Below, piece after piece: positions 1-8,053 of a stretch of 16,829 nucleotides of DNA. Every line of letters starts with the position of its first letter. Positions within the stretch are counted from its first letter, which is position 1. Origin of the DNA: Candidatus Bipolaricaulia bacterium (GTDB lineage: Bacteria; Bipolaricaulota; Bipolaricaulia; RBG-16-55-9); NCBI GenBank assembly GCA_042219045.1, contig JBDGQO010000079.1, forward strand, positions 1 to 16,829, written 5' to 3'. Made by a program: the position numbers and the translations under genes. Under the pieces are notes generated by a model, which was given only the letters and a program-made list of their open reading frames with translations, was not told the origin of the DNA and ran no database searches.

Positions 1-2220
1 TGCGTGAACGCCCTGGAGAAAGCACTCGTCCGCATGGACGGCGTCGAGCAGGCCTCGGTCAACCTGGCCCACGAGGAAGGGCTCGTCGACTACGATCCGG
101 ATCGAGTCTCCGCCACGGCCATTCGACATACCCTTCGGCAATTGGGCTACACCCTCCGCGCTCCCGACAAGGTCAAGGCGTTCGAGGAGCGGCGCCGAGA
201 ACTGCAGACGGCCAAAGGCCTACTGCTCGCCTCGGGCTTCTTCACCCTGCTCGTTCTCGGGTCCATGACCCTGATGTGGGTCCAGAAGGGCATCTTCGTC
301 GACGGCCACTTTACCGACACGGATCAGCTCGGGATGGCCTTGGCCACCCTGGCATTGGCCGTGGGGACGATGTTCGGCCCCGGCCGCTACATCAAGCTGA
401 AGGCATTCCAATCGCTGCGACGCGGCATCCTCAATCAGCACGTGCTCTTGGAGTTCGCCGCGTTTGGCGGGTTGCTCGGCGGACTGTTGGGCACCTCCAC
501 GCTCCTCAGCCCGACCATGGCGCGGATCCTCGGCGAAACGTTTCCCATCGTCCACTTCGCCGCCGTGGCCGTCTTTGTCACGAGCTATCACGTGCTCTCC
601 GAGTGGGCGAGTCTGCGGGTGCGGGCCCGAGCGAGCGAGAGCGTCCGGAAGCTGATGGCCCTGCAGCCGAAGACGGCAGTCGTGCTCCGCGATGACGGGT
701 CTGAGCAAGAAGTCCCGTTGAGCGAAGTGAAGATCGGCGATCTCGTGCGGGTGAAGCCGGGCATGGGCATTCCCGTAGACGGCGATGTGGCGGACGGCGC
801 ATCGAATGTGGACGAGAGCCTGGTGACGGGGGAACCGATGCCCCTGACGAAGACCCCGGGCGATGGGGTGATCGGCGGCAGCGTCAACCGGACGGGGGTG
901 CTCAAGGTGCGGGTGTCCCGCGTGGGTGAAGAAGCATTCCTCAATCAGATCGCCCGGCACATTGACGAAGCCCGCGCACTGAAGCCGGGGATCGTGCAAC
1001 TGGCCGATCTCGTCATGCGCTCCTTTGTGCCCGGTGTGCTGATCGTCGCCGGCGCGGCATTTCTGCTCTGGACGCTCGGGGCCTGGCTGATCTGGGGCGA
1101 CGTTCTCTGGGGACGCGCCGCGTTCGCCTCGCTGGCCGCGCTCGTGTTGGGGTATCCGTGCGCGCTCGGCATGGCGACGCCGCTGGCTCTCGTGCGGGGC
1201 GGCGGGATGGCCGCCGACCGCGGCATCTTGATGCGCTCCGGCGAGGCCTTCCAAGTGTTCAAAAATGTCCGCTATGTCGTGCTGGACAAGACGGGGACGA
1301 TCACAATTGGAAAACCCGGCGTCGTCGAGGTCGTGGCGGCTCAGGGCTGCAGTCGCGATGAGGTCCTGCGACTGGCCGCGGGCGCCGAGGCCGGAAGCGA
1401 ACACCCCTTAGCCCAGGCTATCGTGGACGCCGCCAACGAGGAAGCGATCGGCTGGCGCGAGGGCCAAGCCTTTCAGAGCCTCAGCGGCCAGAGCGTGCAA
1501 GCCCGCGTCGGCAATTCGGACGTCTCGGTCGGCAAGCCGGCCTGGCTGCGCGAGCGCGGCGTTGACCTTGCTCCCGTCGAGGAGAAGATCCGAGCGCTCG
1601 AATCAAGCGGAAGCACCGTCGTGGCGGTGGCGGCCGATGCGACGCTGATCGGCGTGGTTGCCATCGCCGATCCCCTGAAAGACGACGCCGCGGAGGCCGT
1701 GGCGCGGATGGAGCGGGGCGGGCTCACTCCCGTGATGCTCACCGGCGACAACGAACGGACAGCCCGCGCCGTCGCCGACGACGTGGGGATTGGCGAGATT
1801 CTCGCGGAAGTGATGCCGGACCGGAAGGCCGAAACCGTCCGAGAGCTGCAAGCGGATGGCCATCGTGTCGCCATGGTCGGCGACGGGATCAACGACGCAC
1901 CCGCACTCATGCAAGCTGATGTCGGGATTGCCATCGGCGCCGGCACCGACATTGCCATTGAGTCCAGCGACGTCGTCCTGATCGGCGAACGCCTCGACGC
2001 CGTGATCGACACGTTCCACATCGGGACGGACTCGTATCGCAAGACGAAGCAGAACTTGGGCATAGCCTTCGCATTCAACGGGATCGGCGTCCCGGCGGCC
2101 ACGACGGGCCTGGTGCATCCCATCTTCGCCATGATCGCCATGCTGGCCAGCGTCACGGCCGTGCTGGCGAACAGCTTCGGCGGGAAGGTTCTCCCTTTGG
2201 GGAAAGTCACGGTGCTCTAG
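1..2220 (+). CDS. Heavy-metal-translocating P1B-type ATPase (CopA-like), 5' end outside window
   Basis: Has TGE (SLVTGE), DKTGT phosphorylation site, SEHP, TGDN and GDGINDAP motifs. TM metal motif reads YPCALG. The window starts in frame with TGC (Cys) before VNALEKAL, consistent with the second Cys of an HMA CxxC, so the real start is upstream. Confidence 0.95.
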   Translation, partial: CVNALEKALVRMDGVEQASVNLAHEEGLVDYDPDRVSATAIRHTLRQLGYTLRAPDKVKAFEERRRELQTAKGLLLASGFFTLLVLGSMTLMWVQKGIFVDGHFTDTDQLGMALATLALAVGTMFGPGRYIKLKAFQSLRRGILNQHVLLEFAAFGGLLGGLLGTSTLLSPTMARILGETFPIVHFAAVAVFVTSYHVLSEWASLRVRARASESVRKLMALQPKTAVVLRDDGSEQEVPLSEVKIGDLVRVKPGMGIPVDGDVADGASNVDESLVTGEPMPLTKTPGDGVIGGSVNRTGVLKVRVSRVGEEAFLNQIARHIDEARALKPGIVQLADLVMRSFVPGVLIVAGAAFLLWTLGAWLIWGDVLWGRAAFASLAALVLGYPCALGMATPLALVRGGGMAADRGILMRSGEAFQVFKNVRYVVLDKTGTITIGKPGVVEVVAAQGCSRDEVLRLAAGAEAGSEHPLAQAIVDAANEEAIGWREGQAFQSLSGQSVQARVGNSDVSVGKPAWLRERGVDLAPVEEKIRALESSGSTVVAVAADATLIGVVAIADPLKDDAAEAVARMERGGLTPVMLTGDNERTARAVADDVGIGEILAEVMPDRKAETVRELQADGHRVAMVGDGINDAPALMQADVGIAIGAGTDIAIESSDVVLIGERLDAVIDTFHIGTDSYRKTKQNLGIAFAFNGIGVPAATTGLVHPIFAMIAMLASVTAVLANSFGGKVLPLGKVTVL

Positions 2221-2234
2221 TCCGGGTTTAACCG

Positions 2235-2881
2235 GTGACGCGATCACGGAAACCGTCTCGCAGCTGGAGCGTCGCCACCGGAGTCGACCGACCGCCGACC
2301 GGCCTCAAGATGCTGCGCCTCGCATCCGGCGCGAACTGGCGCCGGTGCTGGAGTATGGTCAGCGGCAACTCGAACGCTGGTGGGCTGCCCATCGGGACGG
2401 AGCACGTCTTCGCCCCGGATGAGGCCTGATTCGGATTGAAGGCCTGGCATCGTCGGCGCTGGTGCCCGCAGGGAGTCCGTCCGCCGTGGATCCATGAGGA
2501 CCGCTACGACTGGCTCTGGCTCGATGCCGCGGCGGAGCCGGCGACGGGCGAAGCGGGCTTTCGCTTCCTGTCTCGGCTGGACGCGGCGTGCGTCCAGTTC
2601 TTTCTGGAGAAGCTGCGCGCGTGGTTCCCGAACGAGGAGATCACGCTCGTGCTAGGCCGTTGCCCCAGCCATCGCAGCGAGAAGGTGGCCTGGCCGACGC
2701 GGGGAGTTCTTGGTGTCGCTCCCATTTTCGTCGGAGCTGCAACCGGCCCTAATCGCGGAGATCCCACGCTATTGGGACAACGCCCAATGTCCGCGGCCGT
2801 TGAGGGCCCATCCCAGGTTGATGAATGGCGAAACCCATATCCAGATATTGTCGTAGTAAATCAATCTTATGCGGTGTCCGG
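2235..2881 (+). mobile_element. Degenerate IS630-family transposase remnant (pseudogene)
   Basis: The frame reads VFAPDEA*FGLKAWHRRRWCPQGVRP..RYDWLWLDAAAEPATGE..LVLGRCPSH, with TGA at 2427-2429 where DEARFG is expected and G where the second catalytic Asp (LVLD) is expected. After a frameshift it reads PFSSELQPA (decayed PYSPELNP) and a C-terminal-like tail ending at TAG 2854-2856. An N-terminal HTH-like fragment (ITETVSQLERRHR / LKMLRL) lies near 2240-2330. Confidence 0.85.
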
Positions 2882-2896
2882 CCGATCTGGACGGCC

Positions 2897-3211
2897 CTAA
2901 GGGCTGATTGCTGAGTTCGAGGACGCGGCCGACGCCAGCGTCCCGTCCTTGTGCTCCGACCAGAGCTGACGGAACGCACGGTAGCAGGCCCCGCGGACGA
3001 CCCGGCGCTGGACCATAGCGAGATCGCCTTCGAAGCCGCTCGCCCGCGAATCGATATCGCTCTCCTCGAGTAGCTCCTGCGCGTGCTGTTGGACCAGGTC
3101 GACGAAACGGCTGCGGACCGTCTCGTCGATCAATTCGTCGGGAACATGGTCGAGAATGGTCGCCTCGTCCAGCGCGCCCGTTGTCGGTTGAGTCGATTGC
3201 CCGGAAGCGAT
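2897..3211 (-). CDS. Small acidic hypothetical protein (~104 aa), apparent ATC start
   Basis: The frame of track ORF 2897..3133 stays open 26 codons upstream to an ATC at 3211-3209, 6 nt downstream of a perfect AAGGAGG (3224-3218). Codons end mostly in G/C and the product is D/E-rich. Confidence 0.55.
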   Translation of the reverse strand: MASGQSTQPTTGALDEATILDHVPDELIDETVRSRFVDLVQQHAQELLEESDIDSRASGFEGDLAMVQRRVVRGACYRAFRQLWSEHKDGTLASAASSNSAISP

Positions 3212-3605
3212 GGAATCCCTCCTTGATTCGGGAAAGCAATGCGGATCCCGAGTTGCGGCCGCACTCGGACGTTGTCGGTCCGCGTCATCCTAATGGCCAC
3301 CCTAGTATCGATCGCTCGGATCGTGACAAAACGGGCAAAAGTCGGTCGCTGAAGAAGCTCACGAAGCTAGAGTTTCCATATCGTCATAGGGCCGGCTATC
3401 CCTGTTAACCTATTTAGCAGGAGTGTCGATAATGATCGATTCTCAACTCGTCCCAACGAGCCTACGTCGGCGCCAACTGACACCCATTTAACACCGACCC
3501 GCCTCACACGACTCACACTGCCACTTATGAAGTTGATGGAGTCCACGTCTCCTCTCTTATCTGGGGGGAGCGTTCCAAGAGACGTCCGACAAGAGGTGAC
3601 GACCC

Positions 3606-4181
3606 ATGGCACAGCAGCCCTCCAAGCTGCAGGTCTGGAAGCGACGCGGCAAGCTGTTCGTTGGAGCTGTTGCGCTTCTCGGATTGGGCTATCTCGTCGG
3701 TTTGGAGATCGTGGCGCCCAGCTTGGCGCACGCCTCCGACACGCATCTGCCGGAATCCGTGGCGACGATGTCGATGGGCACGATCGAGATAAGCACCGCC
3801 GGGAACGTGAACGCCGTTGTGCCCGTTCGGATTGCCGATACCTACGACAGTCGGGAGCAGGGGCTCAACGACGTCGGCGCCGAGGTGCTGGAGACCACCT
3901 TTCTCCTCTATGCCCATGACGAGGTGACCGACTACGGCGAGACCTATGGCACCGAAGGCCTCCGTGCACCGCTCAGCCTGGCCGTCATCGGCGGCGACGG
4001 TAAGGTGCTCGGCATTCGAAAGGCAACGAGAAAGACGGACGAAATCGACGTGGACAAGGCGCATCGGTGGGCGTTGGCTGCCCGGCGCGGCTGGCTCGAC
4101 AAGATGGGCATTCAGCCGGGATCGCAAATGGACACGGACGCAATCACCAAGTTCTCCCCCGATTCCGTTGCCACCCGATAG
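3606..4181 (+). CDS. Exported/membrane-anchored DUF192-like protein (divergent)
   Basis: GAGGTG SD at 3593-3598. Basic then hydrophobic N-terminus. VRIADT..SREQGL...PLSLAVIGGDGKVL...WAL...GWLDKMGIQPG follows the DUF192 pattern (VEVADT..RARGL..PLDIxFID.DG.V..YVLE..G......I..G). Confidence 0.65.
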   Translation: MAQQPSKLQVWKRRGKLFVGAVALLGLGYLVGLEIVAPSLAHASDTHLPESVATMSMGTIEISTAGNVNAVVPVRIADTYDSREQGLNDVGAEVLETTFLLYAHDEVTDYGETYGTEGLRAPLSLAVIGGDGKVLGIRKATRKTDEIDVDKAHRWALAARRGWLDKMGIQPGSQMDTDAITKFSPDSVATR

Positions 4182-4377
4182 CCACCCGACACGTTGAGCA
4201 AGACACCCCCTGGTTTCGGGGATGAGACCGAATGAGCATCAATCCCTCCAGGCTCATCCCCTGCCCCCGCTTCCCCCGGAACCCGGCGCGAGGCCCGATC
4301 CCCGCGCCGGGTTATCGGGTTCCGCTTTCGCGAACGCTCTGCCTTCGTCGGAAGAGGCCCTGAAAGTCGGATATGAC
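4181..4377 (-). ncRNA. Candidate structured non-coding RNA or structured repeat element
   Basis: Several stems: 4218-4226/4253-4261, 4280-4290/4303-4313, a GAAA-capped hairpin at 4319-4335, and end-to-end pairing 4181-4190/4366-4377. G-U pairs and the GNRA loop favour the minus strand. No family recognised. Confidence 0.4.
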
Positions 4378-4383
4378 CGCGCT

Positions 4384-4962
4384 CTACGGCGAGTCGGCGC
4401 ATGCCGCCGTTCCCGCGATCCACCAGTCGATCAGTTGCCGGAGCACGCGATCCGAGACAACGCCCGCAACCCAGTCGTTGATGGCGTCGATGAGCTCGGC
4501 GTCGTCGATAACGCCGTTCTCGTTGGTGTCGTAGTTACAGGGATCGCGGCTTGGCGCTTGCACATCGAAGCCGCCACGGGCAATGACCTCCGGGTCACGG
4601 TCGGCCTGTCGATACGTGACGGTCACTTGATAGGCACCGGCCTCCAGCGTTCCCAGCTCGACGGTGAAGCTGAAGTCGGTGAGGACCTCGGCACACAGCG
4701 CGCGTTCCACAGAGGTAGCAATGGTGATCTCGTTGCCCTCGACCGTGGTCTGGGGATTCTGAGGCACGCAGGCGTTGCGCCAGGTCCCAAGGACCGTGAT
4801 CCGTAAGGCGTCGCTTGGCGTCGGTGACGATGGAGTGATCTCAAGCTCGACGTCGATTGACGACTGGCCCATGGTGCCGACCGAGTTGGCCATCAGCACG
4901 ATCAGGACAAGCGTCGCGACCATTGCGAATGGGCACAGGCGGCGTTCATTCAGCCTCGTCAA
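4384..4962 (-). CDS. Secreted protein with beta-rich two-Cys domain and C-terminal dockerin/EF-hand-like motif
   Basis: GAGGTGA SD 6 nt before the TTG start. Signal-peptide-like N-terminus. NACVP...LCAEVLTDFSFTVELGTLEAGAYQV domain. C-terminus is YDTNENGVIDDAELIDAINDWVAG...LIDWWIAG. Confidence 0.8.
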   Translation of the reverse strand: MTRLNERRLCPFAMVATLVLIVLMANSVGTMGQSSIDVELEITPSSPTPSDALRITVLGTWRNACVPQNPQTTVEGNEITIATSVERALCAEVLTDFSFTVELGTLEAGAYQVTVTYRQADRDPEVIARGGFDVQAPSRDPCNYDTNENGVIDDAELIDAINDWVAGVVSDRVLRQLIDWWIAGTAACADSP

Positions 4963-5045
4963 TGCGGATCACCTCGCTGTATTTGAGTCTAGCATTGTGC
5001 ATGGTATCCGCGTATGATCAGTTCCCGACATCGACCCAATGGACG

Positions 5046-5319
5046 ATGCCTCGACCCATGACTAGCGCGGGACGGGCTGCGTCGCCACGTCAAGCTCAAC
5101 CACCCGCCCAGGACGCCCTCGACGAGGACCTCGCGACCCGTCTCCTCATCGACTATCCGCTCCCGCGCTTTCCCGGACGCCACGCCGACAGGCCGCTCCA
5201 CTGGATGAGATTCCAACGGCTCGTCAACCGCTTGTGTCGGGACGTTGGCCTCACTACGCGGGCTATGGGCCCACAGCCTGCGTCAGATCTGGGGGATCAA
5301 GCGTGCCAATCCGGGGTCT
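5046..5319 (+). other. Possible small hypothetical gene or remnant whose 3' end runs into MITE copy 1
   Basis: The segment DALDEDLATRLLIDYPLPRFPGRH..HWMRFQRLVNRLCRDVGL has coding-like GC3 bias, and TATGAT lies upstream at 5013-5018. No family recognised. Confidence 0.3.
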
Positions 5320-5412
5320 TACTGATCACCGCGAAAGTCCGGTCAAGTCAGTTGCTGTCGGTGGGGCCAACATGTCGACCATCGGTTGACTCGACTTGTG
5401 CGGTGGCCTGTA
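5320..5412 (+). mobile_element. MITE-like element, copy 1 (93 bp including flanking TA dinucleotides)
   Basis: Imperfect terminal inverted repeats (TACTGATCACCGCGAAAGTCCGGTCAA vs TACAGGCCACCGCACAAGTCGAGTCAA) with TA at both ends. 83/93 identical, without gaps, to the reverse complement of 10471-10563. Confidence 0.85.
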
Positions 5413-5492
5413 ACGTTACGACGGCACGGTGAGCACGGAAATCGTTGATCAAACGCAACTCTGGGCACGTCACCCGCCCCGTTGCGCGTGGC

Positions 5493-6719
5493 TTAAACGA
5501 GGTCGAGCTGCGACAGGATGGCCGGAATCTGCTTTTTCACCTTGAAATAGCCGGCGGTGGCGTGCGGCCAGATGGCGGCGTCATAGGTCCGGCGGACTTC
5601 GCACAGATCAAGCCCCGCTTCGGCCAAGCGGGGGCGAGCGGTCTCCAGGATCTCCCGCACCGGTCCCTGGGGCGCATATCCCGTGACGATCCGCGTGACG
5701 CCAACTTGTGTGGCCCATTCGACGAGTGATTCGGCCCAAGCAGTGCTGTCCAGCATGCTCGCTTCCACCTCGTAGTGCCGCCCGGCTCGGGCGACCGCAT
5801 CGGCAACCGCCTCTTGAGCAAAGCGTTGTGCCTGGGCTGTAACCGGCAACGGAGAACGTCGGTCGGTGGCGACGAGCCCGGCCGCTGCCGCCACGGGCGC
5901 CTCTCCGAGGGCCCAACTCTCGGCATGCCCGTCGTCCTCGGTGAGCAGGAGGCCCACTGACGTGCCGTCGGTCGGCAGGGGCTTAGGTGGGCTAGGCACG
6001 ACGGGCTCGGGCAGCGGCCCCTCTTCCAGGGGCGGCGCCTCGCTTGCCAGTTCGTCGGCGCGGGGGCGGAAGCGGCCGTTGGTGAACTTCTCGATGTTCC
6101 CCGGCTTGGCCAGATAGGTCTTGCCCTTCGTGTGCAGGCCCGCAACCCAGCGCCAGCTGAGCGTGTTGGACGCCGGATCGCCATCCAGGAGCAGCCGGAA
6201 GAACCAATCGGCGCCGAGCGCCCAGGGCAACTCCAGGGTGAAGATCCAGATCGAGGCCGTCCACATGCGGGCGTGGTTGTGCAGATACCCGGTCTCGGCC
6301 AGTTCGCGTGCCCAAGCGTCGAAGCACGCGATCCCAGTCCGACCTTCGACGGCCTCCTCGTAACGCGTTCGCAGGCTGGGATCGGCCGCCAGCCGCTGCG
6401 TATCCTGCGCGACCTGATCGCGATAGGCGCGCCAGATGGCGGGCCGCTGTTCCAGCCAGCCCTTGAAGTAGCCGCGCCAGACGACTTCGTCGATGAACTT
6501 GCGTCCCTGGTCCAAGCCGAATTGCCTCAAGGTCCGCTCGATGACCTCGCGCTCTCTCACAAGGCGATGGCGCAGATAAGGGCTCAGATGGGATACGCCG
6601 TCCTCGCGGTCCGGGCCGTAATCGGTGTTGCGCTCATGAGCGTAGATCGCTCCGGCCTTTGGCAGAAACGAAGCCAGGCGATCCAGACCCGCTTTGCGGG
6701 TCGGCTCGGGCAGCGTCAT
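5493..6719 (-). CDS. DNA photolyase-family protein with N-terminal FAD-binding domain (NewPHL / inverted-topology type), 408 aa
   Basis: Motifs [40 protein letters not shown] and [18 protein letters not shown]. The catalytic domain comes first, followed by a ~150-aa C-terminal domain. The start is placed at ATG 6719 because the upstream part of the track ORF is occupied by a DUF2256-like gene. Confidence 0.88.
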   Translation of the reverse strand: MTLPEPTRKAGLDRLASFLPKAGAIYAHERNTDYGPDREDGVSHLSPYLRHRLVREREVIERTLRQFGLDQGRKFIDEVVWRGYFKGWLEQRPAIWRAYRDQVAQDTQRLAADPSLRTRYEEAVEGRTGIACFDAWARELAETGYLHNHARMWTASIWIFTLELPWALGADWFFRLLLDGDPASNTLSWRWVAGLHTKGKTYLAKPGNIEKFTNGRFRPRADELASEAPPLEEGPLPEPVVPSPPKPLPTDGTSVGLLLTEDDGHAESWALGEAPVAAAAGLVATDRRSPLPVTAQAQRFAQEAVADAVARAGRHYEVEASMLDSTAWAESLVEWATQVGVTRIVTGYAPQGPVREILETARPRLAEAGLDLCEVRRTYDAAIWPHATAGYFKVKKQIPAILSQLDLV

Positions 6720-6874
6720 GGAGAGGCCTGCCGGCGCGCTTGATCGGCACGTTGGCGGCATCGCTTCGAGCAGTAGCGCACCTGCTCCCAATCTCGGGCC
6801 CATTTTTTGCGCCAGCGGAAGGGCCGCCCGCACTGGACGCAGGTCTTTTCCGGCAGATGCGTATTGTTGCCCAT
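6716..6874 (-). CDS. DUF2256-like small Cys4 protein (52 aa), absent from ORF track
   Basis: Manual translation: [57 protein letters not shown] lies upstream. Its TGA overlaps the photolyase ATG (ATGA). Confidence 0.9.
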   Translation of the reverse strand: MGNNTHLPEKTCVQCGRPFRWRKKWARDWEQVRYCSKRCRQRADQARRQASP

Positions 6875-7082
6875 GGGTCCGTCCTTGCCGACCCGTGGTA
6901 GCTTGACGGGTCCCCACCGATCATGCCGAGCTGGGTGTCCGGTTGCAACGATCAGGTGGCTGAGACGCTTGGACGCGACCGCGCCGACAAGCGTTTGAGC
7001 CGAGCCTGCGCCTCATCGACGTGGTAGGTTGAGGCGTTTCGGACGAGCCGGCATAGGTGGGGCCCAATGAAAGGTTGCGGGA

Positions 7083-7113
7083 CGATATGGGTCCTGTTAA
7101 CGTCACCATATCG
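7083..7113. promoter_or_regulatory. Inverted repeat, possible operator between divergent genes
   Basis: CGATATGG (7083-7090)-N15-CCATATCG (7106-7113), with GTTAAC near the centre. Confidence 0.3.
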
Positions 7114-7199
7114 AGGAAACCGAGCGGACTGTCCCGCGGCTTGTGGTGGGAGACTGAAGGAACAACCGCCATCCCAACGATGACTTGATGGGTCGCTCC

Positions 7200-7664
7200 A
7201 TGTCGACCGACTACGCTGATCGCTACCGTGGCATCGATTTTCGCGAGCATCCCGAAAAATACCCTATCGGTCGGGGAGAGCAGGGAGTGTTGATTGCCGA
7301 GCCGTACAAATCGGAGCTTTTGCCGTTGTGGGAATTCAAGACTCCCGAAAAGGCGCAAAGGTCCGCGGAAGCTATCTTTGCGAAATTTGAGGAATACAAA
7401 CGCAACGGTGAGTTTGTCGGTATGGACATGGCAAGGAAATATCTACAGATGGGCTACACTCGCGCACGCCGCTACGCAAATCACCCTAGCGGGCAAAAGT
7501 ATACGAAGGAGGGAGACGTCCGACCGCAAGCGGCGGATGCAATGAGCTCAAGCAAGGCGCAAGCCGCCAATATCTTTTATCAATACTATGCAAAGGCCAA
7601 AGAGGACCAAGTTTACAAGCGCATGAAGGAGAAGCACAAGCAAAATTTCAGAAATAAAAGCTGA
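7200..7664 (+). CDS. DUF4385-like protein
   Basis: DFREHPEKYPIGRGEQGVLIAEPYKSELLPLW.FKTP...FVGMDMARKYLQMGYTRARRYANH..G.KY matches the recalled DUF4385 pattern. Visibly more AT-rich than the flanks. Confidence 0.8.
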   Translation: MSTDYADRYRGIDFREHPEKYPIGRGEQGVLIAEPYKSELLPLWEFKTPEKAQRSAEAIFAKFEEYKRNGEFVGMDMARKYLQMGYTRARRYANHPSGQKYTKEGDVRPQAADAMSSSKAQAANIFYQYYAKAKEDQVYKRMKEKHKQNFRNKS

Positions 7665-8053
7665 AGTCGTCAATGCGGGAGTAATAGAGAGGTGTGTCCC
7701 GGCTGGTGGAGCTAGATGGGCCGCTCGCTGTCCACGATCGCTCGTGTGCGAACCGCCCGCGGACCCGTCTCGTCAAGACCTCCAGGGCCAGCCCACGGTC
7801 CAACTGATGGCAGTTGCAGTCGCCAGCGAGGGCGTTGTTGACCAGCTTGGTCAATACCATGCAACTTGCAATTCATGCGGAGACATTGCAAATTCGGGCT
7901 GCGGGAATGGCCTGGAGGCCAGAGGCGTTGAGACACGGCGTGTCAACTGGCTCTTGCCTCGGGAGAGGCTTAGAATAGACGGGATTCATCCATGATTCAG
8001 CGACGCCGTTCATCGTGTCCGTCCGGAGGCCAACGTCGGCTGCCGGTTCCCCA

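Noticed and set aside
220..2247. Long minus-strand ORFs 220..1404, 1473..2210 and 1603..2247
   Set aside because: These are antisense shadows of the GC-rich ATPase gene and have no motifs.
3530..3600. GATGGAGTCC resembling the start of a fluoride riboswitch
   Set aside because: The first stem and the downstream GCTRATGAC pseudoknot partner are absent.
4222..4806. 194-aa plus-strand ORF
   Set aside because: It is antisense to the secreted protein, which has the SD, signal peptide and recognisable motif.
4270..5345. RNase P-like words (GAACCCGGC near 4279; GAAAGTCCGG near 5333) and a hammerhead-like GATGAG..GAAAC
   Set aside because: Order and spacing are wrong, the conserved cores are incomplete, and the second word is part of the MITE.
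6720..6917. 66-aa N-terminal extension of the photolyase in the ORF track
   Set aside because: The region encodes the DUF2256-like gene in another frame.
7648..7860. 70-aa minus ORF with LTKLVNNAL, reminiscent of a histidine-kinase N-box
   Set aside because: It is too short, and the G1/F boxes are missing. At most an unprovable remnant.
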